Positions 11,654 through 24,464 are shown, counted from the first letter of the stretch. The stretch: DNA of 64,000 nt from Camelus ferus (GCF_009834535.1 NC_045696.1:7752001-7816000), one strand, 5' to 3'. The notes: generated from the sequence alone by a model not told the origin. Numbers and translations: made by a program.

Positions 11654-13829
11654 CTGCGGGGACAGGCGACACGTTAGACGCCAGCTAGGGGGAGGAAGGG
11701 GACCTGCCCAAAGCATCACCCACCCGAGGGGGCTGGGGGCCGCCACCACCCCTGGGCCGCCCACCACCCGCGCCGCGCCGCCCGCGCGCTCGACCCCCGC
11801 AGCCGCCCTCGCCCCTTCCCCGCCTGCGTCCCGGACCCGCGCTGTCCAATCGCAAGATGCAAGATGAAATGTTCTAGCAGCCGCAGGAAAGAGTGAAGAG
11901 AAACAGGTGGAGTAAATGTTAGTAAGATACTTAATTTAATGCAACATAGCTGAAATAGCATTTCAATAGGAATCAATATAAAAAGCATGGAGGTAGTGTA
12001 TTCCTTGTTTCTGTCTTCGAACTGCAGTGCAGATGCTCCGGGCACATCTCATCGCACTGGCCCCTCGGGGCTGGTGGCCACCATATTGGACAGTGTAGAG
12101 GCTTCCATGGCCCTCGTGTTAGGTGGTCCCAGTCTGCCCTGATCTTTTTTGCTTATCCCTCTATGAGGAGGGCAGAGTGGTAATCACCCTGCTCCCTTTA
12201 GTACTGTCATAATTAAAGTAATAACCACCCTCACTAATTAGATGTCTGCAATCAATTAGTCCCCCCCAGCCCCCGCCTCTTTTTAACCTTAAGCCATCCT
12301 TTGTCTTCCTTTAATATCAAAAAGGCTAGGAAGTCGATCACAAATTGCCCCCAATTAGCACCTTTGGTCCATTTTTTTACCAAGCGTCTGACAAATGAAG
12401 TGGTTATTAACCTCTTTCACTTTCAAAACAGCAATTTAAAAAAATCAAATACTGTGTTATCTCATTGGTCAACTTCCACACACAAAAAATAATTCTTTCA
12501 AGTCAATCTCAAGTAGGTAATATTTTCAGCTGTTACCAAAACCCTTTGCTTTGTTTTTCTTTCCTTGGCTGTGCGAGAAATCCCTTCCTTGGTTATTCGA
12601 GGGACCCAATGCACTGATGGGTATTGGGGATCCAAATCTGAGAAATCGGTGGCTCCCGGGGCTGGCTGCGGCCAGAAGGCAGGACTGCACGGCCCTGGTT
12701 GCTAGTATGTTCTCCCTGGTGGCTGGTATGTTCTTTTTTAAACTGCTACTTTTGAAAAACATGTCCTGGTAATCTCCAGGTTAGATTTCTCCTGGGATCT
12801 AGCCCTCTTGTCATATTTGAAGACAAAGTGTATGTCAAAGCCTTGTAAAGGCAGTCACAGCACAGAGCAAGAGATCAGCAAGGCATCTCAGGGAGCAGCA
12901 GAGCCCCACCCGCCTCCAAAGAGAGAAAGTTAGGTGGGGGATGGGGACTCCAAGGGGCTCTCCTCTTTAAGCAGGTGACTCTTTTCTGGGGCTTGTAACA
13001 TTCACCCGGCATTTAGTGGTCCCTGCAGGACATTTGCACAAACCTGGTCTACATTCTGAGCGACAGTTCCTGGATAAAACAGGAACACACCTCTTACAGC
13101 CGACCCACAACTCCCACCGTCTACCCTCTGCCTGGGGGTTGTCCCATTGAGCAAACAGGAATCTGTCCGGGCCTGGGGCAGTCGCTGGCACCTCCACGGA
13201 GGACCTCTGCTTGCCTGCCACCGGGAGAAGCTGGATGGAAGGCCATTCCTGTCTGCGTGCCAAGCCCTGCTGTAGGCAACTGACATGGCTTATAATCCTG
13301 TTTTACAGATGAAAAAACTGAGTCCTGGGGGGTGTTATTTGCCCTGGGAGGGTGAGTGGCAGTTCTGTCCCTCAGCCTGTGATTTTCCACCACTGTTTTC
13401 CACACTTTGAAAACAGGTGTGGGAAGAAAACCAGTAGTGTCCCATATTCATCTCTGGGTGGAGTAGAAAGTAATCTTATAAAATAACGACAGCTGGGGGT
13501 TCTCAGTACATAGGAAAATCATTCTGACTCCCTTGGGGGGAGCAAACAGGACCAGGATTTTTATGGTGGGTGGCCGAACACCTGGTTCCCTCTGCCTTCT
13601 CCGCTGTCCCTGGTGCCCACAAGGCCCACCCGACTCAGTCACCCAGCTTTTTTCACTCCCGGGAAGCGCTTGCAGTGAGAGCAGGAAAGCATCGCAGTTC
13701 CCACTCAGCAGCAGAGAAAAGGGAAAGCCGCGGCCCCAAGTGGGAGGATTCTTTTTCCATCTGCCACCCAGGACCACCACCGCCGCTGGTCCCAGCCCTG
13801 CCCCCTCCCCTCATGCAAACAGGACCCAC

Positions 13830-14238
13830 CTTCGTAGTTTGGCACCAGGCCGTGCCGAGCCGTGTTCACCGGCGGCTCGGAAAGGCTCTTAGCTGGAGAC
13901 GGGCTGCTCGGCACTAGGGGGTTGGCATAGTGCCACTGGCACTCGCCGCCGGCTGGCAGTGTGCTCAGCAGAAAGCGTGCCACCTCGCACGGGGATCCTT
14001 GGGGCTGCCCAAACTTGGCTGGCAGCATTGGCTTTTTGCTGCTGAAGACGTGAGAGTCCAGAGGGAAGGGTCCGTAATGGTAGGAGAAGGGCAGGCTGTA
14101 GGATGGGGCATACAGGAGGTCGCTGCCTTCTGAATGGAGCTGCTGTTCTGGGGGCGCTGGGGCGCTGGCGGGGGGGCTGGCTCTCCAGCTTCCGAGCTGG
14201 CCGCATTCCAGTTTGTCCATTTGGAACGAGCTGTATTG
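13830..14238 (-). CDS. SIM2: SIM2 exon 10
   Basis: ctgcag|CAA TAC...GAA G|gtgggt, 409 nt; QYSSFQMDKLECGQLGSWRASPP...ARHGLVPNYE. Confidence 0.96.
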
Positions 14239-14806
14239 CTGCAGAGCAGAGAAGACGGATGAAGGGCCCACAGAGGGGCCGGCAGCAAACTGCCTTCCGA
14301 TGCTGTAGTGCCCGCCCCATCCCAGGGCTGGACCCACCCTGGCCTCTGCCTCAAGGTCCCACTGGGGACAGGTGCCCGGCAGATGGCACCCCAGGGACCC
14401 ACCCCCTGGGTGGAAAGAGATCTCCTCGCCCCGAGTGACAACGCACCAGATACCCACTTGCTGTTTCTGAGAGCTTGCAAACGACTCTTAAAAAGAGAGG
14501 GAAAGTTTCCCTTAAAAACAAAATGCTAGAGAAACACAAGGCATCACTGTGCTGAGCCACGTTTACGTGGATTCCAGCAGCTGATCAGCCTTCCCAACTG
14601 AATCCTCTGTTTCCTAGACCTGACTTGTCCACCTGGATGTTAGCTTTGCTTGCCTTCCTCAGGCCAAGACATCCCAGAGGGACTTTGCATCGCTCCACAG
14701 GAAACCTTCTGGGCAGGGAGACCCTCCAACCCCCGCTGTGCAGTCAGAGGCCTGACGTTCCTTAAGGTGCCCAGGTGCCCCAACCCCTGCAGGTGGTGTG
14801 AGTTAC

Positions 14807-14975
14807 CTGTGGAGGGTAAGGGTTTGTTCTCAGCTTTGTCTTCATCTTCGTATTTTTGGGTTTAGCTAATTTCCTAGTTTCTTGTGAGGTAGACAAGGCG
14901 GTCCTCCAGGAGTCCTGGGACTTGGACGTGGACACCTGGTCCAGGGACAACTGCAGTTCCTTGTATTCAATATCC
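14807..14975 (-). CDS. SIM2: SIM2 exon 9 (includes the basic NLS region RKLAKPKNTKMKTKLRTNPY)
   Basis: ctcag|G GAT ATT...CCA CAG|gtaact, 169 nt; DIEYKELQLSLDQV...RTNPYPPQ. Confidence 0.96.
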
Positions 14976-16284
14976 CTGAGGAGCAAGGAGGGGACAGGTC
15001 ATGTTCGCGGGCTGCGAGGAAGGATGGCTTCCCTGGGACCATCCCCTGGGCGAGCTCGTTGGCAAAGCTCCACTGTGTCATTTCACTGAGGTCAACGTGG
15101 ATGGACTTTGAGGGACGGCTCACCCTCGTTATAAAAGCCACACCGCAGCCCCAGGCTCGAAGACCCGGCCAATGCTGAGCGAGGTGAGTGTCATTTGGCA
15201 GGAGTCGAGGGAGCACAGTGTAGCTCTCCCATCCCACAAGGCCCCAAACATATTTCCTGGGGACGCAATACGCCAGTAGGAAGGGTGTCAGGGCAAAAAG
15301 GAAAAGGCAGAAACACCACTGATCACTGAGTGTCTGTGGCCCAGCCGCTTTTCCGTTTAGCCCCGGGGAGGTGTGAGTGGGGAGCCTTGAGGGTCCAGGA
15401 GCCTGGCTTCCGGCCTTGTCCACTTCCACATCAGGGACTCATTTCTGCCCTAAAGAGCCAACTGGGCAGGTCAAATTCATGGGAGAGGGGGCGTTACCCA
15501 AAGTCCCAGCCTCAGCCCACACCTGTGTGCCGAGGAAGACTCGTTAAGGGTCCCCTGCAGCTTTGCTAAAATCACTCTATCCCTAAAAAAACCAAAATAC
15601 AAACAAAACCCCTCCCCTGCCACCCACTTCCCCAGGAACCTGTCCATCATTCTATGAAAGAAGAGGGAGCCTGAATCCTCACTGCAACAGAACGCACGCG
15701 AGGGTCCTGTTCAGGGTGGGGCTTGGGGGATCTGCAAGGGTCCCAAGTCCAGGGCCAGAGCTGGGTGCAAAGTGATTTAACATACAACAGCCATGGTGGG
15801 AGGAGAGTAATATATGACCCGAGGTAGACCTCTGTCCTGCTGCTTCTAATGGTCTTAAAAGTATTTAGGACTGAACTTGACCTTCTGGGGTTTTAAAGGC
15901 ACTCAGTACTCACCACCATTTACAACAGGCTATATAGGAAGACAAGGGAAAAGCTGGGAGGTAGCTTCTTCCTCAAACGGCAGGAGCACGCAGGATGACC
16001 CAAATTTTGTGGGCACAGAGAGTGTCAGTTTGTAATCTTGGTCCGGGATGTGCATCCCTCTCCATCCTGTTCAAGGTGGGGGGGCGTCCCCCGCCCGCCC
16101 TCACCCCTCACCTGGGCTGTGTGGTCCCATCCTAAGCCACACCGGGGGCGGGACACTCCTGGCTGTGTCCCCAACGCTGCCTAACACCTGGCCCTCAAAG
16201 CTGCGTGTACAAGCAGGTTGGACCCTCCCAAACAACCAGCATGTTCAATAAAACAAAACAGGAGACAAATGAACAGTTCCAGAA

Positions 16285-16319
16285 AGAGAGAGCGAGAGAG
16301 CGAGAGAGAGAGAGAGAGA
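16285..16319. repeat. Interrupted (GA)n microsatellite, SIM2 intron 8
   Basis: agagagagcgagagagcgagagagagagagagaga. Confidence 0.85.
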
Positions 16320-16396
16320 TGGTGTTCATGGGAGCAATCTGACGAGGGACGGGGAGAAGAAGAGAGCAAGGAGAGAAACAAATACGTCTGACTTAC

Positions 16397-16544
16397 GTGA
16401 GGACATAATTGACACTCACGATGCAGTGGGGCCGGGACGAGCGGCTGTTGTGCACGACGGTGGCGTAGCTCTGCACCCACACCCAGCCGCCCAGCTTGGA
16501 CAGCAGCCGGTAGTACTTGGTGGTGACCTGGCCCTTCACCAGCA
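16397..16544 (-). CDS. SIM2: SIM2 exon 8 (PAS-B/PAC)
   Basis: ttgcag|TG CTG GTG...CTC AC|gtaagt, 148 nt; [49 protein letters not shown]. Confidence 0.97.
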
Positions 16545-17964
16545 CTGCAAGCACAAGGTGACATGAATCCCAAGGGACAGTTAGCAGGCCCTGCTGGGGG
16601 GAGGCTGCCCCCTGCTGATGACCTTGACCCTGGTGGACCTTCCTCCACCTTGGAGAACCTGACGAAGGGCGGGGCTTCTCCGCAGGAAGCTGCGGGCCTG
16701 TCCGCACGCCACTCGCACACAGGCAAGAGTTTTGCCTACAGTTCCCTGGGGTCCACGGAGTCGGCTCTCCCCTCCCCTGTGAGGAACTCTCATTTAATTA
16801 TAGTCACCGCTTTCCCTGGGAGAAGCAATCAGTCCCCACACAACACTGGCACCTGGCAGAGTGATAGAACTGGTTTTGCTTTTGAGTTTACAAAACACCA
16901 CCGATGTGTTCTAATCCCCGAACCTCTGCTCAAGGGGCGGGAGGAGTGATGCAGTTATTTCAACAAAACAGTAAGTTAAGTGCCTTCAGCTAAGTGTCAG
17001 ATTGTTGCCACCGTTTGCTGTTCCCCAGAACGCGTGCGTCTCCACAGTGAAGCCCGTTGTTACTCTGTGGCCATTTCTATCTCTCCCCAGTAACCCTAGC
17101 TTTCCCCGGCCCATGTGTTTCCTATTTTGTTCACGTGGAAGACGCTGTGAACATTTGATGGACACTTCTGAGAACCGGGACTGTGGGCCTGTCTTCCATG
17201 CAGGGGTGCAAACTCCGGACGGCTGGGCAGCCTGCTTCCAAAGCCTCCAGAGGCACCTAAGCCACACCGACCCCTCCTTTAGGGCCTTCAGGGGAGCTGG
17301 GACGGAGGAGGCCTGGAGGGAGAAAAGGACCAGAAGCTTCAGGTGGGCAGTGGAGAGAAGAAAGCCAGAGCTAACCTTCCCCTGGGAGGGGGAGGCCAGC
17401 GCAAGCCTAAAAAGGCGCCCATGCCTGCCCAGGTCACTGGCAGGACACTCCTGCTTCTCAAGGCAGGGCTGGCCCCAAAGACCTAACTAGCAGCCTTCCC
17501 AGGGGTTTGGGGAGATGGCCAAAGGGGCTGGTCTGTGTTGGCAACCAGCTGACACTGAAGGAAACCCTGGGAAGCTCACAGATGGGGAAACTCTGCCTTC
17601 ATCTTGTAGTACCAGCCAGAGCTCCCTTGCCCTCCGCCCAAACCCTCCTGGGCTCTCCACTGCCTTTTGTGGCTTCTTCTCACTTTGAGGGTGTCTCTTC
17701 ATCATCCACTTTAACACCTATAGCAAAATGCTCCCGTGCAGAAGAAAAATGGCTGCAAATGTGCTCGCTGAGGAATTAGTAGCCTTAATATATAAAGAGT
17801 ACATCTAGATTAATAAAAACACGACGACCTAAAAGTAATGTGGGCAAAAGACAAGAATAAACAATTCACCAAAGAATAAATGCCCATCATAAACAAATGT
17901 TTAACTCATTTGTTTATCTCCAAGTTAGATACCATCCCTCAACTCCGCAGACATTTTAAAAGGA

Positions 17965-18207
17965 ATGAATATCGCATGATTCCACTGATGTAAAGTGTCC
18001 AGAACAGGCACATCCCTTGTGACAGAAAGCAGATTCATGCTTGCCTGGGGCTGGAGGGTGAGGGGGGCTGGGTGTGACGGCTAATGGACACCAGGCTTCT
18101 ACTTGGGATGAAGACAGTCTTCTGGGATTAGATGAAACTGATAGTAATGATGAATTTTATATTGTGTTATATTACGTATTATATGCGTGAATTTTATCTC
18201 AAAAATA
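17965..18207 (+). mobile_element. L1MB/L1ME-type 3' end fragment
   Basis: ATGATTCCAC...GTCCAGAACAGGCA...GACAGAAAGCAGATT...TTGCCTGGGGCTGG...GGCTAATGG...GTGAATTTTATCTCAAAA. Confidence 0.65.
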
Positions 18208-18340
18208 ATGAGGTGACAACAGGCAATGCTGGCTAATCTACTCCTTGCAGTGTCTGTAAGTCCCCCGGGAACATGACGGTAGTGTTTTCCTTTTTCTTCT
18301 TTTGTACTTACACTTCCCCTTATTTCTCACCGTGTTCCCA

Positions 18341-18463
18341 GGGGGAGGGTGTAGCTCAGTGGTAGAGTGTGCGCTCAGCATGCACGAGGTGCTGGGTTCA
18401 ATCTGCAGCACCTCCATCAAAAACTAAATAAACCTAATTCTCCACACCACCCCCCCAAAAAAA
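18341..18463 (+). mobile_element. tRNA-derived SINE (camelid Vic-1-like), full length
   Basis: GGGGAGGGTGTAGCTCAGTGGTAGAG (Pol III A box)...GGGTTCAATC (B box)...AAATAAACCTAATT...A-rich tail; three related copies elsewhere in the window. Confidence 0.85.
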
Positions 18464-19204
18464 CCCCTGGAAATCACAATATTCCTGAACCCTCTCCATT
18501 ATTATCTCAAGCCGGATACAGCTGAAGCCAGTTTATCCCGAGTGTTTTGTCTTAGCGTTCAAACAGCAGAAGCTGTGGAGATTTTATTATCTCCGACCTT
18601 TCCTGATTCTGCTATGATGAATGAGGCTTAGATACAGAGACCAAAAACAGACACAGACTTTTTTTTCTTCTTCTCTGTGACCCACGGCGACAATCAACAT
18701 ATCAATCCAAATTGAAATCCTAGACACTTAGTCACAACATTCTTGGTTTGCTCCAGCTCCCTGTCCAGTCTGTCGAACTTGATTAGCTGTCTGAAATGAT
18801 CCCAGGCTAGAGTGCTGTGAAGCAAGGCCCTGCTTATGGTGGTGGCGGGCAGCGGCAGGGAGGACATGTCCCCTGAACCGTGAGCTGCTGGGGGCAAAGG
18901 CCCTGCCCCCTGCACCTCCCTCTGCGCCCCAGTGTCTCCAACAGCAGGGGCCTCCACGCCAGAGGAGAGCTCCTGGGCACGGTTTTCCAAGGCCACTATG
19001 GGATGGAACTTCTAGTTCCACAGAATTACTATCCAGAAAAACGGTGGCCTTCCTAATTCCTCCAGAATTCCTCCTGGTCCCAGAATTTTTCCTGGAGGCA
19101 TAGCCATGTCAACGAGCCAGCCGCTGGAAGGAAAGTAAACTGGCCTCAAGTGTAATTCCCATTTCTGTTTTGAATTTTAAGAGCTGAAAAGGACACCTAA
19201 AAAT

Positions 19205-19945
19205 GCTTATTGTGGGTTGAAAGGTGTCCCCTCAAAAGACATGTTCTAAGTTCTAACCCCTAGAAACCTGTGAGTGTGACAGTCTTTGGGAAAAGGGTCT
19301 TTGTAGATGTAACTAAGTTAAGGATCTCAAGGTGCAATCATTCTGGATTAGGGTGGGCACTGAATTTAATGACACATATCCCTGTAAGAGACAGAAAAGG
19401 AGAAGACACAGAAACATGGAGAGAGATGGACGCGGAGGCTGGAGTTTGCAGCCACAAGCCAAGGAATGCCGGCGGCCCCAGATGCGCCGTTGGAGCCTGG
19501 CCCGCCCACACCTTGATGCGGGCCTTCCGCCCGGCGACCGGCTATAAGACAGCACATTTCTGTTGTTGTTTTCAGATCCTTTTTCATTATCTGTTACTAC
19601 AAGATACTGAATGTAGTTCCCTGTGCTATACGGGAGGACCTTGTCATTTCTCTATTTTGTATATAGTAGTGTGTATCTGCTAATTCCAAACTCCCAATTT
19701 ATCCCTCCACCCTCCCAGCCTCCCCTGCTAAACATAAATTTATTTTCTATGTCTGTGAGTCTATGTGTTGTAAATAAGTTCATTTGTGTCTTTTTTTAAG
19801 ATTCCACATATAAGTGGCAACATCTGGTATTTGTCTCTCTCTGTCTGACTTACTTCACTTAGCACAGTGCCCTCCGAGTCCATCCACGTGGCTGCATTTC
19901 TGTTGTTCCAAGACCCCTAGCTGGTGGTATTTGGTTACGGCCCCA
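19205..19945 (+). mobile_element. MaLR solo LTR (MLT1-like), interrupted by an L1 fragment
   Basis: TGTGGGTTGAA..GTGTCCCC.CAAAAGACATGTT...GGGTCTTTGTAGATGTAA.TAAGTTAAGGATCTC...GCCACAAGCCAAGGAATGCC...CATTTCTGTTGTT...GTGGTATTTGGTTACGGC. Confidence 0.75.
19568..19894 (-). mobile_element. 5'-truncated L1 3' end inserted in the LTR
   Basis: L1 3'UTR antisense (TACAAGATACTGAATGTAGTTCCCTGTGCTATA...AGATTCCACATATAAGTG...CTGACTTACTTCACTTAG); flanked by 13-bp TSD CATTTCTGTTGTT at 19555-19567 and 19895-19907. Confidence 0.85.
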
Positions 19946-22900
19946 ACAGGAACCTAAACCACCCCCCAAGGGGACAAATGGCCAGTGTGATCCCTGTACT
20001 CCTCCTGGCTCTTGTCACCTCTGCCAGGAGGGGCCTCAGAGAGCGTGTTGGTGGTGAGACTGAAGACAAGCCACGTGGTCCTTTGGGGAGTGAGGTGCCC
20101 CACACACACCGCTGCTCTACACCTGCTGCCAGAAGCAGTTTGGTTGGTAAGAAGATCTAGAAAACCCAGGGAAGAGAGAAGCGCTTTCTTGGGGAAGAAC
20201 TTCCACAGGGCTACGCTGTGCGACGTCTGCGAGGTGATGCTGACCACAGAAGATGCGCTCAGCGCGACCCATCCGGTCACGGCTAAAAATGTCCAAAACT
20301 GCTTCTGGGGAGCAGGGCGATGTGTAGATAGTACAGCGCTTTCTAGAGTATTTCCTATTTCACTGCTCATGGGTTCCCTTTAATGCGTGCAAGCTCCCAT
20401 ACCTTCGTCTGCAAGACAAAGCTGCTTCTACCTCCAGACTCTGCTCAGAGGGCAGCATCCAAAAGGATCTGCATATGAATTAAACTCCATTGTCCATTTC
20501 CAGCCCAGAGGCAAGCGAGGCCAGCAGTGATGCCAGGCTCCCTGTAACGTCCAGCAAAACTCCTCACAGTGGAAACTTCTTTCAAGCGTATCTTCTATTT
20601 TGAGACCTTTGTCCCTGTTCCACAGCTGTGCTATAGAGTGGATGAAGGCTGACATCCCATGGACGACACACATCCACCGATGTCCTCTGTCAGTGGCATG
20701 GTGTTGCTCTTACTCAGAATGCCTTTGGATGGTCACGTGTTCTCCAGTGAGCCACAAGCTCCACCACTCCCTACAGCCCCATCATCGCCCACGCATATAT
20801 TCATGGCCCTGTAAGCATTTGAGTTTGTGACTCCTGTATGTCTAGAGTGTGTTTTCCATGGGTCTGCATCAGTTATTGCTTGAAATTTGCAGACATATTC
20901 AGGCTTTGAAACCCTTCTGTGACATTGAAATGTTTTGATAGTTGGACACATTCTCTTTGGGATTTGGGTTTGGCCTACTCTGGACCGGGGCCCACCTAGA
21001 GAACTAGGTGGAACCCTCCACTCCTTTGGATGAACAGCCATGCAGACATCGTGGATCTTCCAAAACACAGTGTCCACAAGAAATCTGCCCAGTGTCCCTT
21101 GACACACATCTTCAAATTTCCCCTGTCCGACCTGAGCACCAGGCTGGCTCTCTGTGCATCCCTAGGACCCACAAGTCAAGCCCCACTCTGCCAGCACAGG
21201 AGTCTCCCAAAAGCTTCACAAAGAAAACAGGGAGACAGGGTGGCAGGCCCCAGCTGGAGGGTCCGTTCCCCTGGGGCCGTGTGACTGTCCTACTGTGCTG
21301 GGCCCACACTCAGCAGGCCTTCCCTCAGCCACCGCGAGGCAACGAGCCACCACGTGCTGTGAAGCAGTGAGCTGGGCTGGGGGGTCAGAGACATTCCCTA
21401 GAGGATCCCGTGTGCACCTTTCCTTACAGAAGGTTCTGGGGAGAGCCCTGGCAGGGCCCGACTTGGCGTGCCGGCTGGGAAGGCTGCCGGGCTGCCTCCG
21501 GGGGCCTCTGCTCCCTGAGACCACGCTGCTTCTCACTTCCTGGACCGTGTTGAATTCCCTCTCTTTAGGGGCTGTGCTTTCTTCGGACCCTGCGGACTTC
21601 TGCTCCTGGTTAGGATAGTATTTTGAAGAACGTGTGGAAACCATTTGGCCGTCTATGGTCCTCTTGACCCACCGCTTCCCTCCGTCCAAGTGGGCCTCCA
21701 GCGCAGCAGGTCACCCGGCGCCCGGCGCCTGGGTTGTGGACACCGGTGTGGAGAAAGCATGGCCTGGGGAAATCAGACAGTGACCTCCCTTCCATCCTGG
21801 TGTTGGCAGTGGTTGGTTTTCCTCCTGGGCTGACAGACTCGTGTGTAAGTCTCACAGGAGCAGGAGGCTCTTGCTGGGGCCTTGGAGGCCTGCGGGGCCC
21901 AGAGGGCGGGTGGCTGGAGCCGCTGGCCACCTCCAGCCGCGGCAGTTGGTGGGGGCCAAAGGGAAGCAGCAGGGGTGGCTCCCGGGCAGCTCCCGCTGTG
22001 GCCGGAGTGAAGGACTTGAGTCCCAGGTCACCAGGGGCCGCTCTGTGGATCCGTGCAGAGCCTGGAGGGTGGGCAGGTCGGCCAGGTCCCTGAGCCCTGC
22101 TGTCAGCCACTGAAGCAGCAGGTGACGGGACCGAAAAGTCACATATTGAAGTGATGCATCTGACCTTCTAAGTCAGGAATGAGAAGCTGGGAGTTGACCC
22201 CTCAGTTCTGTGCCCCAGAAGGAGAGTGAGGCCCCAGGGACCACACGACAGAGAGGTTTCAAAATCGCCTGGGTTCCACGCCCTGAAGACCTGCCTCCAT
22301 CCCCTCACTCTGGTTGTTGACTGTCTTCCTTTTCTTGAGCAGAAAGTTCCAGCTGGAGGGGAAGTAATGTTCAGGTTAGTGTCTCAGCTGCCCTAAGGGG
22401 ACGTTGGAAAGTGGTTCCAAGGCTGGAGCCAAGGCATGAGCTCTGGGAGACCCAGTCCTGCCTGGTGTGTGGGTCGGAGCCCCAGCTGTTTCTGGCTGGC
22501 TTGAGGGAAAGCTGGTGGGCGCACGGAGGGTCTGAGGCCACGCCCGCCCTACCCCTGGCCTGGCTGCCGTGTGCTCTGTGCCTCCTGTCCCTGTGGTGGT
22601 TTCTGGGCCACGGTGAAGGTGGAGTCACAGCACAGCAGTGATCACTGTTGATACTAATTTTTTCTGTTTTCTTTGACCAATTCTAGCCCATTTGGCAGAG
22701 AAAGCTGTGCTCCCTCTGATTTGTAAACACTGTGCCTTTTCTGAGTGTCCCTTGGAAGCCCATGTGCCCCTTCCCTCTCTGGGTCCCTTCGGATAATCGC
22801 AATGTCTGTAAATTTCCACTCCATGTGAAGCAGGGCGAACTCATCACGTAAACTGCAGGAGACCTCTCCAATAGCCTCCCTCGTTGTTAAGTTGGATGCG

Positions 22901-24464
22901 CTCAGGAAGATGGAGGCTCCTGGAGGACAAGTTTAAGACTCATCAGGTGGTGGGAATTGCTGAATGGCCTGGGCTCTGGTCCTGCTCACAAGTCTCTCCA
23001 ACCTCCCAGCCTTACCCGGCTCACTGGGCCCAGCTGCCCTCAGATTCCATACGTGAAAAGCACATGGTTCGTGTCAGGGACACAGGAGCCTCCCACTGGC
23101 CATCACTGTGGCCTTCATTTTCAAATTACAAATGGAATTTATTTCCCTTGGGAAAAAAATCCTCCTCCCTTCTATTAGCCAGGCAGTCCGAGAGATGAAA
23201 AATGGTGTTTAAAACAAAGACTTTTAATTCTGTAAGTTTCCTTTCTCCGCACTTAGTGGCCTCATTTCTTGTGCCGCAGCCCCACTTTGAAAAATGACTC
23301 TTCCTTCATGTAAGTCAAGGGTTTGCTTTCAACCCCTCTGCTGGTGAGGCTCCAGCCTCAGGGACGGGGCTGGGACCCTCAGGGCTGGGGCTTCCCCTCT
23401 GACACCCTGACAGACAGTAGCAGGGAGGTGAGGAGGTGTGAACCCTGCCATTTGCTCCCCTGCCTCCCGCCTGTCCTTCCCTCTAGACTGTTCCATGGTG
23501 CATGCCCTCCAGCAGACGCCTCTTCCGTCTCCCAGTTGCTCTGCTCACTCCAGAGCACATACTGCCCTCGGCTCCCACTACCACCTGCCCGATCAAGTCT
23601 CCAAAGATCTAATTCTGTAATGGACACTTCCTACCCCGTAGGCAGAAGGAGAATTTTGAGCTCCCATATCAGTGACGCTGACCTACGGAACTCGTCCAGA
23701 CACTAGGCACCTGCTTCCTACCAAGCCGGGCTACGGGAAGGACAGGGATGATCATGATTTGACCATTTTTAAAGAAAGAAATAGAAGGCTGCTCATAACT
23801 CCACGTCTCTCCATGTGCGGAGCCTTTTCACGCTGTTGTGAATTTCAAGGAGCAGGAAGAAGCCGACAGCGTCTGCCCAGCCAATGTCCCGGTCGTCACA
23901 GGTCTCTGCCCTTAGTGACTTGGGAGGAGAGAAGGGCGACACCCTGGCCGTTCGGTGCTGACTGGGTCCCAGTTGACACCGAACGGCCAGGCATATGACG
24001 CGGCCAAGGATGGAGCAGGCCCTGGACCCGCCGTTGACCCCCAACAGACACCAGCAACTTGTCCTCTGATGCCTCTTTGTCAACACAAAGCAAGAACAGA
24101 GATCGTGCCCTCTGGGCTGCACTGCAGAAGGCCTGGCTCCCCTAGCCCTCTGCACCCCATTAACCAGCACCCCTGGACTGGCCATTGGAGTGGCGGGACT
24201 GGACCGCGGGAGGATGAGGTGTTCTACTCCATCCCAATTATCTGATGCCTCAATTTGGATTTTAGAAGAAAAGTGTTACTTCTTTAAATATTTCAGTGAC
24301 TAGAGCCCCGACCCTCGCATCCAGATGTTCCCCAAATTGCCTCCAGTGCAAATGAAATACTGTTTGTTTTCTCTTTCCGCGTGGACTTCTCCCATTCTAG
24401 AAACCTGTGGTCTCCCTGAGCTTCCCAGCTAGATGATGGACAGTGGTTGGAGGCCAATCGTTGC

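Larger units (their letters stand above)
10660..11860. promoter_or_regulatory. CpG island over SIM2 terminal exon
   Basis: Extremely GC/CpG-rich stretch covering exon 11 and the start of the 3'UTR. Confidence 0.8.

Noticed and set aside
11129..11867. 182-aa and 154-aa + strand ORFs antisense to SIM2 exon 11
   Set aside because: Shadow ORFs of extremely GC-rich coding sequence with no recognisable domain
18341..18420. tRNA gene-like sequence with A and B boxes
   Set aside because: No proper acceptor stem, followed by a SINE tail, with diverged dispersed copies elsewhere; it is a SINE, not a tRNA
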